DNA from: Octopus sinensis
Lineage: Eukaryota
Assembly (NCBI RefSeq): GCF_006345805.1
Contig: NC_043020.1
Coordinates: 3,906,001-3,970,000 of the forward strand
DNA: 64,000 bases
Direction: 5' to 3'
Shown here: piece by piece, positions 36,742 to 48,800 of the stretch
How the letters are laid out: the number at the start of each line of letters is the position of its first letter
Numbering within the stretch: position 1 is the first letter of the stretch
Position numbers and translations under genes: made by a program
The notes under the pieces: model-generated
Database searches by the model: none
The model's input: only the letters and a program-made list of their open reading frames with translations
Told to the model about the DNA's origin: nothing

Positions 36742-36789
36742 GTATGGCAGTAATAATCTTTCGTAGATTTTGATTCTTTAAAATATCGC
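36742..36789 (-). CDS. Candidate optional 48-nt phase 1-1 exon within the SEA domain (homologues near 44.7 kb and 53.75 kb)
   Basis: cttcag|GC GAT ATT TTA AAG AAT CAA...GCC ATA C|gtatgg reads (S)DILKNQNLRKIITAI. Length and open frame are kept in all three copies, but the splice sites are only moderate. Confidence 0.25.
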
Positions 36790-37282
36790 CTGAAGATTTA
36801 GCGCTTTCTCTTCCTTTTATGCAAACTATCAAATTCAGCCTGAATGTCCAGAACATTCACACACGCTTCTATTCCCTATCACTTGCTGGGGGTCACTTGA
36901 TTTTCACGACTATGCCAAAATCAAATATTTTTGCCAATTGCCCATTCACTTCCCTATAACAGCCTCTAACAACCCGCGTCGTTGCGCACCAACTGTCGAC
37001 AGTGTTTTCTCACTTGTGAATTCCTTAATTCCTTCAAACATGTATCCACGAAACTTTCCTTGACCGCTTTTCCATCAGCTCTAATATACTCCCTGCCATC
37101 GCTTGCATTTCTCATCTTTTTGCTTCTCCTTATAACAAAGAAAGACTCATCGACACACATGATATTCAGTTTCATTACCCTTCCATATCTGCACGTATGT
37201 GTCAGCCACAAAATATTCTGAGACATATTGTCGAATAATCGCTGACACCTCTAAAGAAGAAAGTCTATAATACTACGTGTGT

Positions 37283-37314
<32 letters not shown>

Positions 37315-37408
37315 TTGTGTAATTGAACCGTATATAAAAGAGACTTCACCGATAGAACTGACCTTAATTGTGTAACATTATTGCCAAGATATGTGTCCTC
37401 CAACTCAC

Positions 37409-37430
37409 TGTTTTCCATAGATTCATCGAC
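37409..37430 (-). CDS. 22-nt microexon (VDESMEN), cassette 1
   Basis: tttttgtgtttttag|GTCGATGAATCTATGGAAAACA|gtgagt: strong acceptor and donor, phase 0 to 1. Confidence 0.6.
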
Positions 37431-38239
37431 CTAAAAACACAAAAATAAAATTCAACATGGCTGAAATGAATGTTGATTATTGTCGCGTTTGCATTTAAGA
37501 GAAATGCTAATTGAGTATATTTACTACTTTATTACTTTTATCATTCTCTCTAGTTGAAGATTACTTTCTTCCTACACCCCTATCCTTCGAGCTCACAATT
37601 ATGTATATTTCATGATAACAATTATCATGAAACAATATATAAATTAATATTTTAACAATAAAAATCAAACACAATTCAATTAAAAAATTAAGTAATATTG
37701 TTATATATATATACGTTACTTATCTTATCGGAGAACATTTTATAACTGAATCTTAAACGTGAAAATGTGTTAGCGTTTATAAGAAATTAAACTCGTGAAG
37801 ATGTTTGTAAAAGGATAGAATAAATTTATTAATGAAAATGACGAAATATATTTATTAATGAAAATAACGAAAAATATTTAAGCTTCTAGAAGCAAAGAAT
37901 AAGAGAACAACAAATCTATAAATGACTATTTCCTATAAATTTTACAATCCTAATAATCATTACGTAAAATATACATATTATATATAAATTAATTTATATT
38001 ACTATAATTAATACATCTTAATAAATTTATATATTCATTTATTTATTAAGAAATATCCAAGTTTAAACGTATTCAGATATAGTAATATAACATATAATAT
38101 TATGCTAATTTATACACTAACACTACTGAATTATATCTTCAATAAATAAGTAACATACAATAAGGTTTTATATATCCGGAAAACCTATTATATAGGTAAG
38201 TGAATTTATGTTTGCATGTAATTATACGCTCTTCGAGTT

Positions 38240-38459
38240 AATTGAACGGTACATGATTATAATTATATAATATTTCCTTAAATTCATTATTACACAATAA
38301 ACAAGAATTACTCCCTATACAATATGATTTTGCCTTACAAACTTTCTCCCAAGTTAATTTATAGTTAATACATTTAGATCTAAGTTCCCAAATATATTTA
38401 CTGAGGCCTGTTGAATTAATTAGATTTTTATTCCTGAAAGAATACATGAGTTGAGCCAC
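38240..38459 (-). mobile_element. Penelope-like GIY-YIG endonuclease C-terminal fragment (also 46233-46442 and 55295-55516)
   Basis: SFRNKNLINSTGLSKYIWELRSK.INYKLTW....AKSY....CLLCNNE matches the NST.LSKYIW..C.LC signature. Confidence 0.75.
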
Positions 38460-38471
38460 TCTTAATTTATT

Positions 38472-38680
38472 TTGAAGGATATTCCTATAGCATCTAGAAA
38501 TGAATATATTTTAAAACTTAATGAAGATTTTATTACTAGGATTCAATGGAAATCCTACTATAATAGTTGTAACATATCTAACATTAATTATGTAGAGAAT
38601 AATAATAATATTAAGTCAAAGTTTAAATCTACGAAGGAACCCCTATATAATAGAGAAATACAGGTTTAAGAGAACAATGT
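38472..38680 (+). mobile_element. Penelope-like ORF N-terminal fragment, divergent from the GIY-YIG piece (also ~46450-46620 and 55529-55730)
   Basis: KDIPIASRNEYILKLNEDFITRIQWKSYY..FKSTKEP resembles the KNIP.PS..Y..KL...E.FI.RMRWK..GFKS pattern of Penelope ORFs. Confidence 0.55.
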
Positions 38681-38843
38681 TTGGAAGGTAGTGTAAACTA
38701 TGGTCCACTGATGGATGATAACAGCATTCTGCAACATGATGCGAAAGAAAATTGAAGAAACCTCCAGAAGCACTGCAGAAACAATACTGCTCTGTCTTTA
38801 GAGTGAAGTTACCTGATTATTATTATACTAAAATCCATCTTAC

Positions 38844-38956
38844 CTTTGCAGAAATATCAGCAACCTTCGCTTGTGTCTCAGCATTATTAAGATCCGAATA
38901 TATAGCTTTGTATTCCTCATTCAAGTGCATTTCTACATTGACCGAACTAGTAACAC
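38844..38956 (-). CDS. SEA-domain N-terminal exon, cassette 1
   Basis: atttcttctacag|GT GTT ACT...GCA AAG|gtaaga, 113 nt, phase 1 to 0. Reads VTSSVNVEMHLNEEYKAIYSDLNNAETQAKVADISAK. Confidence 0.75.
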
Positions 38957-39020
38957 CTGTAGAAGAAATGACAGTGTGACAATCTGTAAAATTCTTGGCC
39001 TTTAATTATCATTATTATTA

Positions 39021-39098
<78 letters not shown>

Positions 39099-39100
39099 CA

Positions 39101-39725
<625 letters not shown>

Positions 39726-39908
39726 AGAGAGAGAAAGAGAGAGAAAGATAGATTACAAAAGTTGTGGAGAATATCAGTATTTTCTAATCTACATATGGGT
39801 GTTTTCTAAAGAATATAATTTTCGATCTGATATGTTGGTTGGACTCAAAGAGCAAATGAAATCGACACAACAACACGCAAACACACACCCAAACACAAAA
39901 AAACAGAA

Positions 39909-39974
<66 letters not shown>

Positions 39975-40899
39975 GTATGTATGCATAAATGCGCGTGTGT
40001 GTACATATATATATATAAAGTCAGGGAGACAGAGAGAGAGAAGGAGCGAAAGACGGAGCAAATAATATAAGTGTTTATGAATATTATTATATATGTATAT
40101 TATCATTATTTATGTCTATGTATATAATTATACGGTGGCAAGGATCCTCTAAATTCACGCCATGCAATACTGATGATTATGATGCACTACAGAAAAGGAG
40201 ACGAGACCATTACACAGGACGCTCCTCTGTCGTCCAATAAAAACTTACCTCCAGTTCTCGCCTCTATTAACGTTTAGTGCAGAAGCGATCAACTACAACA
40301 AATGTAATACCTTTCCAAAGACATTTAAAGCACCGACTGCTGCCAGAATGGAGCAGATCAACAAAAGATCAACAGTTGATCAGAAAAATATCGCCAAAGG
40401 TAAAAGCAAACATTCAAACACACCGACAGAGCAATACTTAGGAAGAAATGCACGGAGTTACCTGTTCAGTCCCCTTCGGCAGGCAAAGCTTCGTACTTCT
40501 ATTATTGCAGTGAACTGAATAAGCGATTCAGTAATGATTCTTACTTGGATATTATGGAGACTACTAGATGTATTCATGTAGCTATTAGTGTCTATGTATG
40601 AAGAGACCAGTGTCTACCTGTATCTAATTGTAAGACTGTGTCTTTGGAAAAGGGTTTCATTCAACATCATTATGCATGTAACAACCTCAATATTTACGAT
40701 AATAGTAACGCTGAAAAAAATTCCATTCTGTATTTCCAGCCAAGGCGATTTCACGTCGACAAGATCGTCGATATTTCACTTTCGTTGAGATTAGATCAAG
40801 CAAGACACACCAATCGATGTCAGGATGAGAGAGATGTCACAATCTGATCGTTGCAAAAAGAAATCAGAGAGAAGATGTTGCAGAGACTAAAACACTTAC

Positions 40900-43872
40900 C
40901 TGTTGTCGTTGGTTCTTCAGTTGTGACTGTTGTTGATTCTTCAGTTGTTACAGTTGTTTGTTCATTAGTTGTGACTGTTGTTGGTTCTTCAGTTGTGACT
41001 GTTGTTGGTTCTTCAGTTTTGAGTGTTGTTGGTTCTTCAGTTGTTACTGTTGTTTGTTCTTCAGTTGTTACTGTTGTTGTTGGTTCATCAGTTGTTACTG
41101 TTTTTGATTCTTCAGTTGTGTCTGTTGTTGGTTCTTCAGTTGTTACTGTTTTTGTTTGTTCATCAGTTGTTACTGTTGTTTGTTCTTGAGGTGTGACTAT
41201 TGTTGTTGGTTCTTCAGTTGTTAGTGTTGTTGGTTCTTCAGTTGTTACTGTTGTTTGTTCTTGAGGTGTGACTGTTGTTGTTGGTGCTTCAGTTGTAACA
41301 GTTGTTGTTGTTGGTTCTTCATTTGTTAATGTTGTTGTTGGTTCTTCAGTTGTGACTGTTGTTGTTGGTTCTTCAGTTGTGACTGTTGTTGTTGGTTCTT
41401 CAGTTGTAACAGTTGTTGTTGATTCTTCAGTTGTGACTGTTGCTGTTGGTTCTTCAGTTGCGACTGTTGTTGTTGGTTCTTCAGTTGTAACTGTTGTTGT
41501 TGATTCTTCAGTTGTGACTGTTTTTGTTGATTCTTCAGTTGTGACTGTTGTTGTTGATTCTTCAGTTGTGACTGTTGTTGTTGGTTCTTCAGTTGTGACT
41601 GATGTTGTTGGTTCTTCAGTTGTTACTGTTGTTGTTGGTTCTTCAGTTGGAACAGTTGTTGTTGTTGGTTCCTCAGTTGTAACAGATGTTGTTGTTGGTT
41701 CTTCAGTTGTTACTGTTGTTGTTGGTTCTTCAGTTGTGACTGCTGTTGTTGGTTCTTCAGTTGTGACAGTTGTTGTTGATTCTTCAGTTGTGACTGTAGT
41801 TGTTGGTGCTTCAGTTGTGACTGTTGTTGTTGGTTCTTCAGTTGTTACTGTTGTTGTTGGTTCTTCCTCTGTAACTGCTGTCGTTGGTTCTTCGGTTGTA
41901 ACAGTTGTTGTTGTTGGTTCTTCAGTTGTGGTTGTTGTTGTTGGTTCTTCAGTTATAACAGTTGTTGTTGTTTGTTCTTCAGTTGTGACTGTTGTTGGTT
42001 CTTCAGTTGTCAGAGTTGTTGTTGTTGGTTCTTCAGTCGTGGTTGTTGTTGTTGGTTCTTCAGTTGTAACGGTTGTTGTTGTTGGTTCTTCAGTTGTTAC
42101 TGTTGTTGTTGGTTCTTCAGTTGTTACTGTTGTTGTTGGTTCTTCAGTTGTTACTGGTGTTGTTGGTGCTTCAGTTGTTACTGTTGTTGTTGATTCTTCA
42201 GTTGTTACTGTTGTTGTTGGTTCATCAGTTGTAACAGTTGTTGTTGTTGGTTCTTCAGTTGTTGTTGTTGTTGTTGGTTCTTCAGTTGTAACAGTTGTTG
42301 TTGTTGGTTCTTCAGTTGTTACTGTTGTTGTTGGTTCTTCAGTTGTTACTGTTGTTGTTGGTTCTTCCTCTGTAACTGCTGTCGTTGGTTCTTCGGTTGT
42401 AACAGTTGTTGTTGTTGGTTCTTCAGTTGTGGTTGTTGTTGTTGGTTCTTCAGTTATAACAGTTGTTGTTGTTGGTTCTTCAGTTGTGACTGTTGTTGTT
42501 GGTTCTTCAGTTGTCAGAGTTGTTGTTGTTGGTTCTTCAGTCGTGGTTGTTGTTGTTGGTTCTTCAGTTGTAACGGTTGTTGTTGTTGGTTCTTCAGTTG
42601 TTACTGTTGTTGTTGGTTCTTCAGTTGTTACTGTTGTTGTTGGTTCTTCAGTTGTTACTTGTGTTGTTGGTGCTTCAGTTGTTACTGTTGTTGTTGATTC
42701 TTCAGTTGTTACTGTTGTTGTTGGTTCATCAGTTGTAACAGTTGTTGTTGTTGGTTCTTCAGTTGTGGTTGTTGTTGTTTGTTCTTCAGTTGTAACAGTT
42801 GTTGTTGTTGGTTCTTCAGTTGTTACTGTTGTTGTTGGTTCTTCAGTTCTGACTGCTGTTGATGGTTCTTCAGTTGTGGCTGTTGTTGTTGGTCCTTCAG
42901 TTGTAACAGTTGTTGTTGTTTGTTCTTCATTTGTGACTGTCGTTTGTTCTTGAGGTGTGACTGTTGTTGTTGGTCCTTCAGTTGTAACAGTTGTTTTTGT
43001 TGGATCTTCAGTTGTGACTGTTGTTTGTTCTTGAGGCATGACTGTTGTTCTTGGTTCTTCAGTTGTAACTGTTGTTGGTTCATGAGTTGTGACTGATGTT
43101 GTTGTTTCTTCAGTTGTGACTGTTGTTGTTGTTGTTTCTTCCGTTGTGACTGATGTTGTTGGTTTTTCAGTTGTGACTGTTGTTGTCGTTGTTTCTTCAG
43201 TTGTGACTTTTGTTGTTGGTTCTACAGTTGTGACTGTTGTTGTTGGTTGTTCAGTTGTGACTGTTGTTGTTGGTTCTTCAGTTGTGGCTGTTGTTGTTGG
43301 TTCTTCAGTTGTGACTGTTGTTGTTGTTTGTTGTTTAGTTGTGACTGTTGTTTTTGGTTCTTCAGTTGTGGCTGTTGTTGTTGTTGTTTCTTCAGTTGTG
43401 ACTGATGTTGTTGGTTTTTCAGTTGTGAATGTCGTTGTCGTTGTTTCTTCAGTTGTGACTGTTGTTGTTGGTTCTACAGTTGTGACTGTTGTTGTTGGTT
43501 GTTCAGTTGTGACTGTTGTTGCTGGTTCTTCAGTTGTGACTGTTGTTGTTGTTGGTTGTTCCGTTGTGACTGATGTTGTTGGTTCTTCAGTTGTGACTGT
43601 TGTTGTTGTTGTTTCTTCAGTTGTGACTGAATTTGTTGGTTTTTCAGTTGTAACTGTTGTTGTCGTTGTTACTTCAGTTGTGACTTTTGTTGTTGGTTCT
43701 TCAGTTGTGACTGTTGTTGTTGGTTGTTCAGTTGTGACTGTTGTTGTTGGTTCATCAGTTGTGACTGTTGTTGTTGTTGGTTGTTCAGTTGTGACTGTTG
43801 TTGTTGGTTCTTCAGTTGTGGCTGTTGTTGTTAATTCTTCAGTCGTGCCTGTTGTTGATTGTTGTTCAGTAT
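40900..43872 (-). CDS. Mucin (Thr/Glu/Pro) exon of cassette 2, 2973 nt, 991 codons, phase 1-1
   Basis: Lies inside open ORF 40820-43900. Acceptor ttttacag|AT, donor G|gtaagt. TTVTTEEPT-type repeats. Confidence 0.85.
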
Positions 43873-44018
43873 CTGTAAAAATATAATGCATGTTACACAA
43901 TCTGTATTGCTAAAGCGTATCACACTTTCATGTGTGTTTGAGAGTGGTACCTCTCACTGATACATTGTTGTGTTGAAATTGACTCTAAAACATATAATAC
44001 TAAGAAAGTTAAATAGTC

Positions 44019-44071
<53 letters not shown>

Positions 44072-44272
44072 TGTAATAGTTGTAATAGTAATAGTAGTTT
44101 TAGTAGTAGTATTAATCGTAGTTGTAGTAGTTGTTGTCGTATTAGTATTTGTAGTAGCAGTTATAGTAGTAGTTCATTTCATTTTTGCTGCCTTTCAAAT
44201 AAGTTATGGTTTTATCTTGATAAAATTTACTGTGAAAAAATATAATACATCTGTTCGAATCTTTGCACTTAC

Positions 44273-44425
44273 TTTCGGAATTCACTTTCGTCTTTTCTCC
44301 TATTACACCTGTAATGTTATTGATGGTTTCGCGGACAATCTCTACCTGGGGATCTGCACGTTTGAATTCCATAATCAGGTCTGCAATCAGGCTACCGTTT
44401 CTGAAATCAAGAAAGATAATCTTTA
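44273..44425 (-). CDS. SEA-domain C-terminal exon, cassette 2
   Basis: ORF 44142-44441 contains FRNGSLIADL. Donor gtaagt at 44273. Acceptor ambiguous (44400 or about 44425). Confidence 0.75.
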
Positions 44426-45339
44426 CTAACTGCACGAGCATTTTACGAGAATTTGCAGAAGAACTTGTTATATTTGTGCAAGAACAGAAATCACAAGCAG
44501 AGATTTTCTCTCAACTCTGTTCATAAAATCCCTCTTGGTTTACCTCTTTATGAATCAGTGCAACGCTGCGTGATCTCCACCCTACATCGTTGAACAGGGC
44601 CTCTGCCTCACTTCAGAGAGCTAAGCAAATCCAGTTGAGAATGCAGACAAACCCTGGCCAGAGATTGTTATTGCTAGAGAGCCATACGTATGGCAGTAGA
44701 ATTCTTTCGTAGATTTTGATTCTTTAAAATATCGCCTGAAGATTTAGCGCTTTCTCTTCCTTTTATGCAAACTATCAAATTCAGCCTGAATGTCCAGAAC
44801 ATTCACACACGCTTCTACTTCCCTATCACTTGCTGGGAGTCACTTGATTTTCACGACTATGCCAAACATCAATATTTTTGCCAATTGCCCATTCACTTCC
44901 CTATAACAGCCTCTAACAACCCGCTTCGTTGCGCACCAACTGTCGACAGTGTTTTCTCATTTGTGAATTCCTTAATTCCTTCCAACATGTGTCCACGAAA
45001 CTTTCCTTGACCGCTTTTCCATCAGCTCTAATATACTCCCAGCCATCGCTTGCATTTCTCATCTGTTTGCTTCTCCTTATAACAAAGAAAGACTCATCGA
45101 CACACATGATATTCAGTTTCATTCCCCTTCCATATCTGCACATATGTGTCAGCCACAAAATATTCTGAGACATATTGTCGAATAATCGCTGACACCTCTA
45201 AAAAAGAAAATCTATAATACTACGTGTGTGTGTGTGTGTGTGTGTTTGTGTAATTGAACCGTATTTAAAAGAGACTTCACCGATAGAACTGACCTTAATT
45301 GTGTAACATTATTGCCAAGATATGTGTCCGCCAACTCAC

Positions 45340-45361
45340 TGTTTGCCATAGATTCATCGAC
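45340..45361 (-). CDS. 22-nt microexon (VDESMAN), cassette 2
   Basis: tttttag|GTCGATGAATCTATGGCAAACA|gtgagt. Confidence 0.6.
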
Positions 45362-46788
45362 CTAAAAACACAAAAATAAAATTCAACATGGCTGAAATGA
45401 ATGTTGATTATTGAAGCGTTTGCAATATTTGCCATTTTAAGAGAGGCTTTCTTTTGTAAAATATTCTCTGCATTTTGAATGTTGGAAATATTTCTCGAAA
45501 TGCTAATTGAGTATATTTACTACTTTATTACTTTTATCATTCTCTCTGCTTGAAGATTACTTTCTTCCTACACCCCTATCCTTCGAGCTCACAATTATGT
45601 GTATTTCAGGATAACAATTATCATGAAACAATATATAAATTAATATGTTAACAATAAAAATCAAACACAATTCAATTAAAAAATTAAGTAATATTGTTAT
45701 ATAAATACGTTACTTTTCTTATCGGAGAACATTTTATAACTGAATCTTAAACGTGAAAATGTGTTAGCGTTTATAAGAAATTAAACTCGTGAAGATGTTT
45801 TGTAAAAGGATAGAATAAATTTATTAATGAAAATGAAGAAATATATTTATTAATGAAAATAACGAAAAATATTTAAGCTTCTAGAATCAAAGTATAAGAG
45901 AACAACAAATCTATAAATGACTATTTCCCATAAATTTTACAATCCTAAAAATTATTACGTAAAATATACATATTATAAATAAATTAATTTATATTATTAT
46001 AATTAATACATCTTAATAAATTTATATATTCATTTATTTATTAAGAAATATCCAAGTTTAAACATATTCAGATATAATAATATTACATATAATATCATGC
46101 TAATTTATACACTAACACTACTGAATTATATGTTCAATAAATAAGTAACATACAATAGGGTTTTATATAGACGTAAAACCTATTATATAGGTAAATGAAT
46201 TTATGTTTGCATTTAATTCTACGCTCTTTGGGTTACTTGAACGATACATAATTATAATTATATAATATTTCCTTAAATTCATTATTACACAATAAACAAG
46301 AATTACTCCCTATACAATATGATTTTGCCTTACAAACTTTCTCCCAAGTTAATTTATATTTAATACATTTAGATCTAAGTTCCCAAATGTATTTACTGAG
46401 GCCTGTTGAATTAATTAGATTTCTATTCCTAAAGGAATACATGAGTTGAGTATTTTAAAACTTATTAAAGATTTTATTACTAGGATTCAATGGAAATCCT
46501 ACTATAATAGTTGTAACATATCTAACATTAATTATGTAGAGAATAATAATAATATTAAGTCAAAGTTTAAATCTACGTAAGAACCCCTATATAATAGAGA
46601 AATACAGGTTTTAGAGGACAATATTTGGAAGGTAGTGAAAACTATGTTCCACTGATGGATGATAACAGCATTCTGCAACATGATGCGAAAGAAAAACTGA
46701 AGAAACGTCCAGAAGCACTGCAGAAACAATACTGCTCTGTCTTTAGAGTGAAGTTACCTGATTATTATTATACTAAAATCCATCTTAC

Positions 46789-46901
46789 CTTTGCAGAAAT
46801 CTCAGCAACCTTCGCTTGTGTCTCAGCATTATTAAGATCCGAATATATAGCTTTGTATTCCTCATTCAAGTGCATTTCTACATTGACCGAACTAGTAACA
46901 C
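46789..46901 (-). CDS. SEA-domain N-terminal exon, cassette 2
   Basis: 113 nt, same splice sites and open frame as 38844-38956. Confidence 0.75.
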
Positions 46902-46992
46902 CTGTAGAAGAAATGACAGTGTGACATTCTATAAAATTATTGGCCTTTAATTATCATTATCATTATTATTTTTATTATTATTATTATTATCA

Positions 46993-47606
<614 letters not shown>

Positions 47607-47823
47607 TGATAGATAGATAGAGAAAGAGAGAGAAAGATAGATTACAAAAGTTGTGGAGAATATTAGTATTTTCTAATCTACATATGGGTGTTTTCTAAAG
47701 AATATAATTTTCGGTCTGATATGTTGGTTGGACTCAAAGAGCAAATGAAATCGACACAATAACACGCAAACACACACACATACACACACACACCCAAACA
47801 CAAACAAACAGAAACACACACAC

Positions 47824-47879
<56 letters not shown>

Positions 47880-48800
47880 GTATGCATAAATGCGCGTGTG
47901 TGTACATATATATATATAAAGTCAGGGAGACAGAGAGAGAGAAGGAGCGAAAGACGGAGCAAATAATATAAGTGTTTATGAATATTATTATATATGTATA
48001 TTATCATTATTTATGTCTATGTATATAATTATACGGTGGCAAGGATCCTCTAAATTCACGCCATGCAATACTGATGATTATGATGCACTACAGAAAAGGA
48101 GACGAGACCATTACACACGACGCTCCTCTGTCGTCCAATAAAAACTTACCTCCAGTTCTCGCCTCTATTAACGTTAGTGCAGAAGCGATCAACTACAACA
48201 AATGTAATACCTTTCCAAAGACATTTAAAGCACCGACTGCTGCCAGAATGGAGCAGATCAACAAAAGATCAACAGTTGATCAGAAAAATATCGCCAAAGG
48301 TAAAAGCAAATACTCAAACACACCGACAGAGCAATACTTAGGAAGAAATGCACGGAGTTACCTGTTCAGTCCCCTTCGGCAGGCAAAGCTTCGTACTTCT
48401 ATTATTGCAGTGAACTGAATAAGCGGATTCAGTAATGATTCTTACTTGGATATTATGGAGACTACTAGATGTATTCATGTAGCTATTAGTGTCTATGTAT
48501 GAAGAGACCAGTGTTTCCCTGTATCTAATTGTAAGACTGTGTCTTTGGAAATGGGTTTCATTCAGCATCATTATGCATGTCACAACCTCAATATTTACGA
48601 TAATAATAACGCTGAAAAAAATTGCATTCTGTATTTCCAGCCAGGGAGATTCCACGTCGACGAGATCGTCGATATTTCACTTTCGTTGAGATTACATCAA
48701 GCAAGACACACCAATCGATGTCAGGATGTGAGAGATGTCACAATCTGATCGATGCAAAAGGAAATTGGAGAGAAGATGTTACAGAGACTAAAACACTTAC

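Noticed and set aside
36820-37230. Minus-strand peptide RRSKKMRNASDGREYIRADGKAV, reminiscent of the N-terminal region of some DNA transposases, present in all cassettes
   Set aside because: Only a short motif resemblance from memory, broken by stops, with no catalytic triad or TIRs seen. It needs an HMM or tBLASTn search before any call.
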